The position numbers and the translations under genes were made by a program. Positions 26,353-39,321 of a stretch of DNA of 64,000 bases are shown here, piece after piece (within the stretch, counting starts at the first letter, position 1; each line of letters starts with the position of its first letter). Under the pieces are notes generated by a model, which was not told the DNA's origin, ran no database searches, and saw nothing but the letters and a program-made list of their open reading frames with translations. Origin of the DNA: Felis catus (lineage: Eukaryota); the NCBI RefSeq assembly GCF_018350175.1, contig NC_058368.1, positions 28,460,001 to 28,524,000 of the forward strand, written 5' to 3'.

Positions 26353-26535
26353 GCAGTTCTTAAAGTTGGCTGCACACTAGAATCACCTGGGAGATTTTTT
26401 AAAAAATCCCAATGTCCAGGCCACACTCCATACCATTTAACTCAGAACATCTGAGGCTGGGACCCAGCTGCCAGCTTTATTTTTTTTTTAACTTCCAGAT
26501 AATTGCAAAGTGCAAGTATGTTTGAAAACCAGTGT
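26353..26535. mobile_element. MER5A-like hAT-Charlie DNA transposon fossil
   Basis: ggctgcacactagaatcacctgggag...tttgaaaaccagtg end. Confidence 0.75.
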
Positions 26536-26659
26536 CCTAAAGATATTTTACTTGTTCCCCACAACACTGTTAGAACTTAAGAAATGACAGAAGTTTCTGT
26601 AGCCAAGTGAATTACAGGGAATTGCTAGTCTGCAAATTCTCTATTGGAAGCCATTAAGG

Positions 26660-26915
26660 TAACAACAGAGTGATTCAGCGCCCAAATTCTGGAGTCAGGC
26701 CCACTTAGAATGAAGACCAACAGCGTCCTTTCTTACTTGTGCGGCTGTGAACAATGTTTCCTCCTCTCTATGAGCCATCGTCTTGCACCTGCTAAGTGAG
26801 GATAAAGCATTAACTCCCAGCTCTACAGAGTGTGGTGTGGGATTAGTGAGACCATCCAAGTAAAGCATTCAGCACAGCGTCTGTTAGGAAACCAAAGCTC
26901 AGTAAATACTAGCAT
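26660..26915 (+). mobile_element. MIR remnant
   Basis: tctggagtcagg...taaagcattcagcacagcgtctg...gctcagtaaatactagc. Confidence 0.7.
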
Positions 26916-27382
26916 CACAGTTCTTGGCGCTGACAGCAATTATGTATCTATTTACAGACTTCTTCTGTAATGTATATATTTCTTTTTTAAGTGTGGTCCA
27001 CAGTCCAAGACAACACAAACTGGAAGCAGTTCGCTAACAAAATAGTCACTGACTAGCAAACCACCAAAACCAGAATAATGATAATGAGTTTTATTTAGAA
27101 GATACTAGGAAAATATCAAATACTAGGAAAAATATTGTCTCCCCCCCCCCCAACCCCTCCCGTTAACTGCACTGGGTCTCAGCTTCCTCACAGCAGGAAC
27201 ATAAGATGGCAAAAGGCTTGGCAGAGTGTTGGGCATCAGATCCCTGTGCAGTACTGAGAGAGCTCAGCATGCCCTCTCTAGTAGGTGTCATGCTTAAGAC
27301 ATTCAAATAGAGAGTTTCTTCTTCTAACTTAGATTTTTGATTCTGCAGTGAAGGGCACTTTACAAACTTTTGTGGTAATTTT

Positions 27383-27468
27383 TTTTTAAGCTTGTCAGTT
27401 TTAAAAAAATTTTTTTTATGTTTATTTATTTTTGAGAGAATGAGAGACAGAGCATTAGCAGGGGAAGA

Positions 27469-27527
<59 letters not shown>

Positions 27528-27653
27528 CCAAAGCAGGCTCCAGGCTCTGAGCTGTCAGCACAGAGCCTGACGCGGGGCTTGAACTCACGAACCTTGAGAT
27601 CATGACCCGAGCCAAAGTCAGATGCTTAACTGACTGAGCCACCCAGGTGCCCC
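27383..27653 (-). mobile_element. CAN-SINE with long (GA)n microsatellite (about 27471-27524)
   Basis: TSD aaactt[t/c]tgtggtaatttt at 27364-27382 and 27654-27672. Confidence 0.94.
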
Positions 27654-27784
27654 AAACTTCTGTGGTAATTTTAAATGTCCAACAAACTTTTTCCACTAGG
27701 AGACCCTTATTTCTTTATACCAAACTGATCACCTCTGCTCTATCAAAATACTTAAAAATAAACTATACACATTTCCTTTTCCTT

Positions 27785-28024
27785 TTTATTTTTTAATACC
27801 AGCTTTATTGAGATATAATTCACAATACTAGTCAATTCATCTGCTTAAACGGTACAGTTCAATGGTTTTTATTGTATTTACAGCATTGTACAACCATCAC
27901 CATAATCTATTTTAGAATGTTTTCACGTCAAAAAGGAACCCTCTTAATAACAGTAACTCCCCATTTTCCTCCGAATCTGGCCCCACCCCCAGCCCTAGGC
28001 AACAACGAATCTACTTTGTCTCTA
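27785..28024 (-). mobile_element. Old L1 (L1MB/MC-like) 3' UTR fragment
   Basis: cagctttattgagatataattcaca...ccctaggcaac..aatctacttt. Confidence 0.8.
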
Positions 28025-28230
28025 GTTATGGAATGAATACATCATGGAAATAAAAGGCACAGCATAAGGAATATCGTCAATGACATTGTAATAGCATGCA
28101 TGGTGACAGAGGGTAGCTAGCTACCCTGGTGGTGAGCACAGCATAATGTTTACAGTTGCCAAATCACTATGCCATACACCTGAAACTAATGTAACATCGT
28201 GTGTCAACTACACCCAAATAAAAAAAAATT
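28025..28230 (+). mobile_element. Carnivore L1 3' end fragment
   Basis: acacctgaaactaatgtaacatcgtgtgtcaactacacccaaataaaaaaaa terminus. Confidence 0.8.
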
Positions 28231-28500
28231 AAATATTTTTAAATTAATTTTTTAATTAAAAATTACTTTTTTTAATTAAAAATAAAACTAGGTCTGACAT
28301 CAAGCAAAATTGAAGCCATGTTTGATAATGACTACATAATTAATCCGTCTAAATCAAATCAGTTTCTTGACCCAAATTCATCTATAAAGTTACCCTGCTA
28401 TCCCGACTTGAAATTCAAAATCAGTATCACTTTCTAGAGATGTCATGGCAAAAATAAAAAAGGAAAACTTTAAAACATGGAGTAAGAAAAGAGATGGACA

Positions 28501-28730
28501 GGGGCGCCTGGGTGGCTCAGTCGGTTAAGCGTCCGACTTCGCTCAGGTCACGATCTCGCGGTCGTCCGTGAGTTCTAGCCCGCGTCGGGCTCTGTGCTGA
28601 CAGCTCAGAGCCTGGAGCCTGCTTTGGAGTCTGTGTCTCCCTCTTTCTGACCCTCCCCTGTTCATGCTCTGTCTCTCCCTGTCTCAAAAATAAAATAAAC
28701 GTTAAAAAAAATTAAAAAAAAAAAAAAAAA
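28501..28730 (+). mobile_element. CAN-SINE (SINEC_Fc type)
   Basis: TSD aagaaaagaga[t/c]ggaca; long A tail. Confidence 0.95.
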
Positions 28731-28784
28731 AGAAAAGAGACGGACAGCATTGCAACATGGATGAACCTTAAAAACATTATGCCA

Positions 28785-29018
28785 GGGGCGCCTGGGTGGC
28801 GCAGTCGGTTAAGCGTCTGACTTCAGCCAGGTCACGATCTCGCGGTCTGTGAGTTCGAGCCCCGTGTTGGGCTCTGGGCTGATGGCTCAGAGCCTGGAGC
28901 CTGTTTCCGATTCTGTGTCTCCCTCTCTCTCTGCTCCTCCCCCGTTCATGGTCTGTCCCTCTCTGTCCCAAAAATAAATAAACGTTGAAAAAAAAAATTA
29001 AAAACAAAACAAAAAAAA
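28785..29018 (+). mobile_element. Young felid CAN-SINE inserted in an old L1M fragment (28745-29090)
   Basis: Perfect TSD aaaaacattatgcca at 28770-28784 and 29019-29033; host reads gcaacatggatgaacctt..aaacattatg..aaaagaccacatactgt. Confidence 0.95.
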
Positions 29019-29562
29019 AAAAACATTATGCCAAATGAAAGGAGCCAGTTACAAAAGACCACATACTGTGTGATTCCATTTATATCAAATGCAGTACTTA
29101 TTTTTTTTATCCTTAGTGATTAATCCTGAACTGCCTGATTGAAATGAAAATTCATATGCAGTGAGAAGTCTTTCTTGGATAGCAGAACTAACAGGAAGTC
29201 TAAGTGTACTCAACAATTTTCTATTGCCTGAATTTGTATAACTTAGGGGATATAATTTGACTTTTGTTAAAGCCAAATCAGGTAGAATTATGTCTTTTTA
29301 AAACTAGCTTTGCTATACTTGAAGTTGCCAAATGCTGGGTCTTAACATACCTGCCTCTTCCAGCCTCCCTCAAATATATATATCCAACTCTTAAGTGGTG
29401 TATGTTGATTTTTTCATTCCTCTTGTATGAAAGGAAATAATTCACTTGAACAATTTAAATGCGCCAGAATGCAATGTAGTGTCTCATCCTAAGTGAGTAT
29501 CATGAGGGTAGAGACATTTACTCCCTTATTTCAAAGTGGCCCGGGGCACTCTACATCCAAGA

Positions 29563-29765
29563 GCACAGGTCCTCAACCACATGGGTGCACCTGCATGGAG
29601 CTAAGAGTTTTTATAAAATATACAAAACTTAGCTAGTCATGCTCCAAACCAGACTTGGTAAATCGAAATCTCATTTTGGAGGGAGGCATGGATAATTTCA
29701 GACGTAATCAGTAGTTTGGCAAAGCTATACAGGTGATTCTGATGCACATCTTTGCTTACCAGCCG
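29563..29765. mobile_element. Degraded MER5-like DNA transposon fossil
   Basis: caggtcctcaac...caggtgattctgatgcac. Confidence 0.5.
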
Positions 29766-31257
29766 TGAAGGGCAATGGAAGCATCCAACCTGTCTGTTAA
29801 TCAAGTCAGGATCTGGTCTAAGTAATGCAGAGAAAGTGCTGTTAATCTTTATGGCTCCGTATCTCCCTTTTCAGGACCTTCTGCTCCCCAATTTCCAGTG
29901 TTCTCATCTGTACCTAACAGAATTCCTTTGTATGGTTCAATCTGAAATAGTCTACCACCTACAGCACCCCAAGGGATATAACAGAGGTCACCAAATGACG
30001 ACCTCTGATGTTTTTGTTTGGTCAATCTGTTTGAACCCAGAAGTGGTGAGTTATAAAACAACAACAAGTTAAAATCCATTTTGGACAGGTACTTTGCTCA
30101 TCACAGTACAAGCAGCTTAGACCTAGTTTCTTCAGCTGGCCACTTCATACACTTAAATTACCAAGTGGCCCCTGGAGGCATTTGAGTTCGCAAGTCCTGC
30201 ATAGAGAGACTGACTCCTTTTTCTTCTGGGATCAATACTTCACTGTTTCATCATCCAGTTGCCCCGAGTCCCATCTATTTTCTAAGATGACAACTTCTGA
30301 CCTAAAAGTAAATTTTTCTGAGGCACTACCAGATGATAAAGTTTCAATGCGTATTTTCTCCCAAATGATGCTTGAATTTTAGTGGGAGACTAAGAAAAGT
30401 ACAGTCACAACAAACGCGCATCTGGCAAAGGAAGAGCTATGGACATTTTCAACAGATAGTATAATTTAAGTCTGTAAAATAACAGAATCGTATATTAGGA
30501 AGAGACATTATTATACTGCTGCAATATAGTAAACACTCATGATATAGCTGTAAACACTGTGGAACCTGCATTACGTGCTCGTGAAGAGAGTAGTTCCATA
30601 AAATCGCAGAGCACACATTTAACAATATGTCAAATGATGTAAAATAACATACAAAGATGTAGTGGGCTAACGATAAGACTGAGGTTGACAGGTAATTCAC
30701 ACACACTCAAGAGCCAATTATTAACCCATTGCTGGAATTGATAGGGAAATCCTGCCATGCCGATAGCACACTATTGTGAACAGGATCCTAAATCATATGG
30801 CTTGGATGCTGAACTAAGGTCTTCCTATTCCCTTTCAGAAGGCTCTACAAATTTTTTCAGATGTCTATTTAGAACTATATTTAGATTTATACACAAAACA
30901 CACATACACACCCTTTACTGAAAGTTAAAGAGGATCTTTGAAAGTCATTCTACCCTTCTGGTTTTGGCTGACTGATCATCCTTCCAATGGATGAGTCATT
31001 CTAGCTGAATAACAACGTACTGATCTTTGTGGGCATTCCTGTAATGTAGACTAGGAAGTACCAAACATCTGCATAGGTTCTCAAAATAAAGAGGGAGGCA
31101 TTAGTCATGAACACAGGGAAGTCTGCCCCAATGCTGCTTACTTTTCTAAGGAGAAGTTATATATCATTTGTATATATAACATTAACTTCAAAAATGAAGC
31201 TATAAATCAAGTAATTACCTAAACTTTGGTATAAATAATTGAGAATTCTGTAGCATA

Positions 31258-31472
31258 GGGGCGCCTGGGTGGCGCAGTCGGTTGGGCGTCCGGCTTTGGC
31301 TCAGGTCATGATCTCACGGTTCGTGAGTTCGAGCCCTGCGTCGTGCTCTGTGCTGACAGCTCGGAGCCTGGAGCCTGCTTCGGATTCTGTGTCTCCCTCT
31401 CTCTCTGCCCCTCCCCTGCTCATGCTCTGTCTCTCTCTCTCTCTCAAAAATAAATTAACATTAAAAAAAATT
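31258..31472 (+). mobile_element. CAN-SINE
   Basis: Perfect TSD ttgagaattctgtagcata at 31239-31257 and 31473-31491. Confidence 0.95.
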
Positions 31473-32557
31473 TTGAGAATTCTGTAGCATAATATGAAAT
31501 TCGTGACAAAATTCTACAAAGAAGTGCAAGTATGGACAGAATCAATTTTGATGGAAGTTTTTTTGTAAATATGTAAAACTATTATTCTGAGAAATGTACT
31601 AATTATAGAAAGGAAAAAGACCTCTGGACAAGAGCAGAACGTCTTTGCCAAGAAGATGTCTGTCTTCTTATCTATAGAATACTTGACTACAAACTTACGG
31701 CAAAAAGACAATATCTCATTGATTCTTTAATCAGCTCTGTAAATTAAGTATGGAATTAGTTTTGTTACAATACATTGAAGAGAAAAAAACAAATGTAGAT
31801 ACTAAAGGGGTTGTCTACAATTAGCCAATACACTCCTTATATGAGGAGTTAACAAAACAGTAATAGCAGTGTTATAACAAGTAAAGTAAAATCAAAATCA
31901 AAAGAAAAGATTATTCCTTCACTGTGAAATACTAAATTCAGAAACTACGGGCAATCTCTCTCTTCCGCAGCTTCTGCATATCCAGGCTTTGTTTGAGAAG
32001 AACGATGGAAAAGAAGCAGAGTTAAAATCTAGCAACGCCTACTGAAGAATGAGGGGTCAAGTAGAATGGTGTGAAAGGTTTGCTTTAAAACATTCCAGAG
32101 AAAATAGGGAAAGAGAGAGACGAGATGAAGCAATGTGGCAACACGCAGACGGCAGCAGGAGCTGGGCAATGGGAATGTGGGGTTCAGAGTTACCCTGAGT
32201 TTGTATATATTTGAAAGTTTTCACAGTGAAAACAACTGTACCCAAACATTGGGGAACCCCAAGCAAAACTCTTCAAGGAACTAAGGAGGTGAGGGACCTG
32301 GGTGTCTTAGGGATATAGGCTCTATTCAATCCTTGCTCTGTACTCAACTTGCAGACCATACCTGCCAGGACTCAAGTTTCTGACCTTTTATGGCCTTCTC
32401 TTGTATCAAACTCAAATTAGATGAATAATGTGGTCTCCTTAATCAAATGACCTGAAATGTCCATAGAAGCTGAAGAGGTAAGTCTTCCAATCACTGAGTG
32501 AGATGGGGTGGGATGGACTGAGCTGAAGACAGCGTTGCAAATCTTACTTCCATAATT

Positions 32558-32777
32558 CTTTTTTTTTTTTTTAGGTTTGTTTATTTATTTTGAGAGAGAG
32601 AGAGAGAGAGCATGAGCAGGGGAGGGGCAGAGAGAGAGAGGGAGATAGAGAATCCCAAGCAGGTTCTGTACTGTTAGTGAGGAGCCTGAACTGGGGCTCA
32701 ATCTCACTAACTGTGAGACCATGACTTGAGCTGAAATCAAGAGCTGGATGCTTAACAGACAGCCATCCAGGTACCCC
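32558..32777 (-). mobile_element. CAN-SINE (first of tandem pair)
   Basis: Flanked by acttccataatt at 32546 and 32779. Confidence 0.93.
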
Positions 32778-32790
32778 AACTTCCATAATT

Positions 32791-33012
32791 CTTTTTTTTT
32801 ATTTTTAAATGTTTATTTATTTTTGAGAGACAGAGAGAGACAGAGCACCAGCAGGGGAGGGGCAGAGAGAGAGGGAGACACAGAATCTGAAGCAGGCTCC
32901 AGGCTGTGAACTGCCAGCACAGAGCGCAATGTGGGGCTCAAACCCACAAACTGTGAGCTTGTGACCTGAGCCAAAGTTGGACATTCAATTGACTGAGCCA
33001 CCCAGGCGCCCC
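32791..33012 (-). mobile_element. CAN-SINE (second of tandem pair)
   Basis: Flanked by acttccataatt at 32779 and 33017. Confidence 0.93.
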
Positions 33013-33909
33013 ATCCACTTCCATAATTATTGAGCTTTGATGACTCTGCTTAAGATTAGGTCGGCACAAAACCTGCTTCTTGACTAAGAATAATGGCTTC
33101 ATAACAAAGTCATTGTCCATGTTAATCTGATTTTCCTCTATAACCTAATATTGTTTTTTTTTACTGCCTTAAAGTATTAAATATAAATAAAACATAAATT
33201 CTGATATGTTTCCATGAAAAAAGGAAGCACAGATTTCAATGCTATCAAGTACCAACCTTCTCATTACATACCCAGGATTTCCAATGTATCTCACATTCTA
33301 AAAAGTGAGTTTTTCCTTTATTTCAATGTAAAAATCCAAAATACTCTAAAATCAAAATTTTACTGAAAGCATTTAATAAAATATTAACAATAAAATAGAG
33401 ACATGTAAGCTGGCAGGACCCAGGTTTCAAACAAGCAAATGAATTCAACATGGTCTAATTCATATCGTGTTAGAATCTATACAGAAAGTGTTAAAGAAAG
33501 CCATCTATTTAAAATCTTTTGGGGACTATCTAGTCTTTAAGATTCTGTTCCAGAGTAAAGGACCTACTTGGAACTTCCCAGAAGCTTCTGGTTCACTGGA
33601 GAACCAAAGATAGAAGGACATAGTGAAACCGCAGAAGAAAAAGGTGGTCCCTGTGCAGGCTTCGCTGCCCTGCCCTGCTCTCTCTGGAGAAAGGCCATGG
33701 CAAAGGCCTCAGAGAGTCTATCAAGAGAGACTTTCCGTGATGCTTACTGGGGTATCCTATTCTGTCATTTATATAGGTAAATTACATGTATAATAATAAA
33801 CCACTGCTTCTTTGAAGACTTTGATAAAGAAAGTTTGGATTCAAGTCGGTATTAACAGTTTCTTAGAATTCAAAAAATCTGTAGTTATTAATGTTTGATC
33901 AATCCTTAT

Positions 33910-34305
33910 GGCATTAGTTTCCTGTTGCTGCTGAACAAATTCTCTTCAGTTGTGGTGGTAAGAAGTTTAAAGTCAAGGTGTCCAAAGGGCTGCATTCCTT
34001 CTGGAGGCTGTAGGGAAGAACCTTGTTTTTCCTCTTCTAGAGGCTACCCTCATTCATTGGCTCATGGCCCCTTCCTTGCACCAAGCCAACTTCACATATT
34101 CCCTGACTAATTCCTCCTGCCTCCCTTTTACAAGGGCCCCTGTGATTACACAGGGCCCACTGATAATCCAGAATGATCTCATCTCAAGATCCTTAACATG
34201 ATCAAAACTACAAGGTCCTCTGTGCCATATAAAGTGACATTCACAGGTTACAGACATTAATTAGGATGTAAATACCTTTGGGATCCATTCTTCAGCCTGC
34301 CACAC
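33910..34305 (-). mobile_element. MaLR solo LTR (MLT1C/D-like)
   Basis: tagtttcctgttgctgctg...ttccttctggaggctgtagggaagaa...gataatccagaatgatctcatctcaagatccttaa...ttcagcctgccaca. Confidence 0.85.
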
Positions 34306-34835
34306 TCATAAAATAACTATGATACACAATTACAGCTTTTGCTCTTGTAATAGTGAACTGGGAAATCAATGAGACTATAATCTATTTTCCTATTATATTC
34401 ATAATTCTAATGACTATCCATGGATGCAAACAACCTTTCCTCAGAAGAATTAATAGTTAAGTTCTTGAAAAATAAGAAGGGTGTAGGGGGCCGTAATCTT
34501 GATAAATAAGCAGAATGATTACTTTTGCAGATCTTACACTTTCAGAGTGCTTTGCTGTCAATATGATCACATATATTATCTCATTCCATCTTTCATATGA
34601 AAGGTCCATGTAGGATTTGAAAATGAATTCTGTCTGCCTCCCTAGCCATCTACTAGCAAGGAAGGAATATCAAAGAGTTTACTGACATTACCCTGGACGA
34701 ACAGGCAGAAAAGGCTTCACATGCTGCTCACTTTTTCTTCTCTTAAAAATGATCAGGGCAACTGTACAGTTATATCTCAATCCGATACATACTTGGAGAT
34801 TCTTTAAAGATGAGCAAGAAAAGGTGCTGGTAAAT

Positions 34836-34866
<31 letters not shown>

Positions 34867-34946
34867 GATAACAACAAGAAGAAGAAGTTGAAGGAGAAGG
34901 AGAAGGAGAAGGAGAAGGAGAAGGAGAAGGAGAAGGAGAAGGAGAA
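34836..34946. repeat. Compound microsatellite (AATGAT)n-(AAG)n-(AAGGAG)9
   Basis: Directly visible; (AAGGAG)9 at 34891-34944. Confidence 0.95.
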
Positions 34947-35989
34947 AATTTGTTAACATAGATAGGTCTCTGCAAACCAGGCACCTTTACAAAACAAAAT
35001 ATTGACAAGATATATAATCATATATAGTATATATATGATATATATAGTACATTGGAAACTGAGAGGGTTTTTTCTTAGCAGTAATCACAATAACAAGGAT
35101 CACAGTGATTTTAGAAATTATTTATGTAAGCTATCACACACACTTCTGCTGTAAATTAGCCATGAGTACTAGTTAATGGACACATTAAAAGTTTTACCAC
35201 ACATTTAATATTTTCAGAATGTACCAGAGATTGGAACAAAGCATTAGCCTCATTCCCTTGGCACAAGCTCTATTTGTTTGTAACCGTAAATTGCTTTGTA
35301 CAGAACACATATGTAATGGGAAAGTTCAAAACAAAATAATTATCTTGTTTGTACCAGTCACCACAAAACTAAAACATTTCCAAAACCTAAATTTTCCATT
35401 ACACCACAATCATACTTAAGGAATAGACAAGACACCGGATATGCTAGAAACTTACAAAGAGCCATGAACATGATACCAAAGAAGTACTTTAAGCCATTTT
35501 AATAGTTTTTAAAGCATCTTTCAATTGCCTACTAGACATTGCCAAGATACCTTACCATCATTTCAAATTCTCAGTGTCTAAATCACAGTGCCTTCTTTTC
35601 ACTCCCCACAAGCCTACTTGTATTCTTGTTTTCTACCCGTAATTAAAGGCATCATTTATATAGCAGTCCTCCCAAATTCAACAACTCTATGTTAGTTTCC
35701 TCCTCTCCTCCTTCCTTTCCTGTTGGCCATGGCTCTCCAGTCTTTCCCACAAGATCTCTCATGCACCTCTTCCTTCCCTCCCGTTACAGATGGCCTTTAT
35801 GATGGTTTGCTTGAACAGTAGAGCAATGTCCAACATGGGCTTCCTGCTAAATCCATAACTCTTGTCAAATGCATCTGATAAGAAGTTGCCAGAAAGGGCT
35901 CTCATGTAGCACTTAGAACTTTTCTTGAATAAGTAATAAGGATTTGTGACACAAACAAAAACGTTCAAAATATATTTAGGACGAAAAAT

Positions 35990-36420
35990 ACATCTCCCTC
36001 CCAAGCCTGCCCCCAGCTACCAAGTCTCCTTCCTGAAGGCACATATCTGTCAGCTTCTACGTATCTCTCCAGAGAAATGCTCTGTATATACAACAAATAT
36101 ACGATCTTTCAAGGTTTAAATGTATAGCTGCCTGCACATACACACAAACAAGCACAGAGTAACAAACACAGAGTAACATTTTACACATGCTCACTGTTCT
36201 ACATCTGGCTTTTCACACTGATCACAACTTGGAGTTCGGTGTGCATTATTATACACAGAGCAGACTCCTTCTTCTTCACGGTTGCATAACACTGCACTCT
36301 GTGAAATATTTCATAATTCATTTCAACCAGTCTCTAACTTAAACATTTGGGGTATTTCCAATCTTGTGCTATTGCAGTGGGTAAGTAGCCTTGTCCATAT
36401 GCCTTGGCATACATAAACAG
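35990..36420 (-). mobile_element. Old L1ME-like fragment
   Basis: ggttgcataac..cataattcatttcaaccagtc..aaacatttggggtatttccaatctt. Confidence 0.6.
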
Positions 36421-38406
36421 TACCTTTCATGACCTCTGCTAATTCTGGATAGTGTAGGCAGGGAAGCCACTGATGAACCCAAGGACTTAAAAAACCTTCT
36501 TTACAATCTATCCTGTGAAGTGTGTATCTTGCTCATATTGTATTAAACCTCAGGTTTAAGTCTTTTGGAGGTTTTTCAGTAGCACTTTTGAGGACAGACC
36601 TGTGAGTCCTTGGTGGTAGGCATGCTTTTATCCATCCTGAAAAGGCATGTACAACCTGAAACATATTCACGTGAACAACAATCTACTTGTACAAAACAGC
36701 AACTCTAAATTCCTACAAAGGTTCTCAAGGGGAGAAGGATTAGCAGGTTTGCCCTGATAGCTTTTCTTACATTATGAGCCTAACAAATAGAGCACTCCAA
36801 GTTTTTAGTTTAGCTACAAAAGGACCAATAGTTTCTTCCTGCCTAGAACTTTGGTCTGAGGAAGCTCATAATAACTTTAAAGAAGTATTTCTCCAGGCTA
36901 TACTCTTGGAAAAGATGTTATATCGTTACATGAAAAGATAAACATGATGTACTTACAGAAACAATGATAACGCATTTCATTTCTAAAAGCCTGATGTCCA
37001 AGTTAGAGAAAAAAGAATGCAAATTTCAAACTCCACTTTTAAATTATCAGCTTTCATAGTATAAAGCCATCTACACTACATATAAGTCAATTTTAAGAGG
37101 CAAAACAACCACTCAGATTGCATTAATGTGGTATCATTTTAGAGCGCTATAAAATAGGTTAGCCACAGAGACATAAAAAATATGTGGTTTGCCATTATCA
37201 GGCATCAGATAATTTTGAGACCACTGCAATCATCAGTCACAGGCAAGAATCGTGTTTTTAAGACTCATTGTTAGCATAAACATCATCTGGTCATGATGTA
37301 AAGAGTTCAACGAGGATACAAATATTTATGGGTATATTATAATCCGTCATCATTGAGGAGAAATGAGGAAACTGTGTGCTTTAAGCTAAAACTTGAAATG
37401 ACACATTTCTCTGAAAGGAAAACTAGGGTCTATCATTCATTCATTCAACAGCACATTCCTTCCTTCGTTCAACAAATACTTACTGTCTTTCCCCTCTGTT
37501 CCAGGCCTTGTGTTAACCCTGGGGATCCAGTGGTAAAGAAGACAGTCTTTGGGTATGCAAGAAATTTCAGTCTCCACCATCTCCCCTCACTCCTTGCCAC
37601 ATACACACACCATGCAAAGGTCTCTCCAACAGCATTCTTCAAGGATGGTCACTTAGCTCTTGCTGTTTGGTAGAATGAGACAGTGTGTGCAAAGTGCCTG
37701 GGAATCTCTAAATCCACTCCTTGCCTACTCCGAACAAACCCCAAGAGCCGGGAGCCCCAAATTCTACATTAGTTGTATATAGCTATCAGCCACCCAACCT
37801 TGAGAAATTCATTTCAGCCCTCTGAACCTGAGTCCGCTCTGAGAACTCTGTTCTTGAAGGCCCCTTCCAGTTCGTAGGGAATGAGAGGGCTACAGATTTC
37901 TAATAATGGACAGAGGCATTACCTCACAAGAGGCCTGTTCTATCAGATGACTCATGTTAGAAAGTTCTCTTTTAAGTAGAGCTAAAATTGTCCCTCTGTG
38001 AATTCAACTGTGAATCTTTCTCCTGCACACTGCAGTAACATAAAACCTGTCGACTGCCTCTTAGACATGAGAATCCATCATATATTAAAAAGATGTCATT
38101 TCCCCAAATCTTTCAGATAGAAAGTGGCCTCTAAAGTCAGTCAATCCCACGATTTCCAGACCTTTGTATAATATGGGTTGCCTTCCTCTGTGAACTCTTG
38201 ATCAACATTTCTATTCAAAATATAGTGTCCAAAATAAAATACAGTATTCTAAATCGGCAGTATGACCAGCAAGTGTTTAGCAGTGTATCAGGCAATGCTA
38301 TAGAAAATTCTGTGATTGACTTGGAGAAGAGGCAACCAAAAACATAAAAAAAACAACAACAGAGGAATACTATCTGACCAAACTCATTTAAAACTCCACA
38401 ATAAAT

Positions 38407-38517
38407 GGGGCACCTGGGTGACTCAGTTAAACATCCAACTCTTGATTTCAGGTCAGGTCATGATCTCAAGATTTGTGAGATCTGCCATCTGAGCTGGTGA
38501 CACAGAGCCTGCTTGGG

Positions 38518-38572
<55 letters not shown>

Positions 38573-38605
38573 ATAATAAATAAATATTTAAAACAATAAA
38601 AAAAA
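38407..38605 (+). mobile_element. Older CAN-SINE with (CT)~24 microsatellite
   Basis: TSD aactccacaataaa. Confidence 0.9.
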
Positions 38606-38624
38606 TAACTCCACAATAAAGAGT

Positions 38625-38840
38625 CACAATGGCAGAGTAGTCAGAGCACAGACTGAAGCCAGATGACCTGGACGGGTTCAGATTGTCACTATTTACATGT
38701 ATTAGGTGTTGCTTCTCCATTTCAGATTTGTCATCTATAAAATGGAGAGCATAATACTACCTACCAGGACTGATATAATTAACTGAATGAATTATCAGCA
38801 TTTCGAGACGGCACATCGTAGTTATAGTAAATATTATCAT
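38625..38840 (+). mobile_element. MIR remnant
   Basis: gggttcagatt..tcagatttgtcatctataaaatggag..ataatactacctacc. Confidence 0.65.
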
Positions 38841-39119
38841 CAGAGTAGGCAACTTATTTATCTAAGTGATTATTTATTTAGATGATAATCTAAACACCTG
38901 TTTTGTGACATGCATTCACAGATGACATAAAAATAACTTTTCATTCCTTCCTTTGTAATTGAAGATTGAGGTATTAGTGGATAAAAGTAAACTGACACTT
39001 CCTTAGGTTCAAAGGATCTGATATCTCTCTTAAGAGAGAAGATGAAGTGAATTATAATAGAGAGGAAGCTAAGGGGAAAACAGAATCAACAAAAAGTACA
39101 CATTAAAGAAACAAGTTCT

Positions 39120-39321
39120 GGGGCACCTGCGTGGCTGGGTTGGTTGGGCATCCGACTTTGGCTCAGGTCATGATCTTATGGTTTATGAGTTCGAGCCCCA
39201 TGTCACGCTCTGTTCTGACAGCTCAGAGCCTGGAACCTGCTTCGGATTCCTTGTCTCCCTCTCTCTCTGCCCCTCCCCTGCTCGTGATCTCTCTCTCTCC
39301 CTCTCTCTCAAAAATAAATAA
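39120..39321 (+). mobile_element. CAN-SINE whose tail is interrupted by an L1
   Basis: Full head and CT tract; tail appears to resume at about 39755 (gcattaaaaaaaa). Confidence 0.92.
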
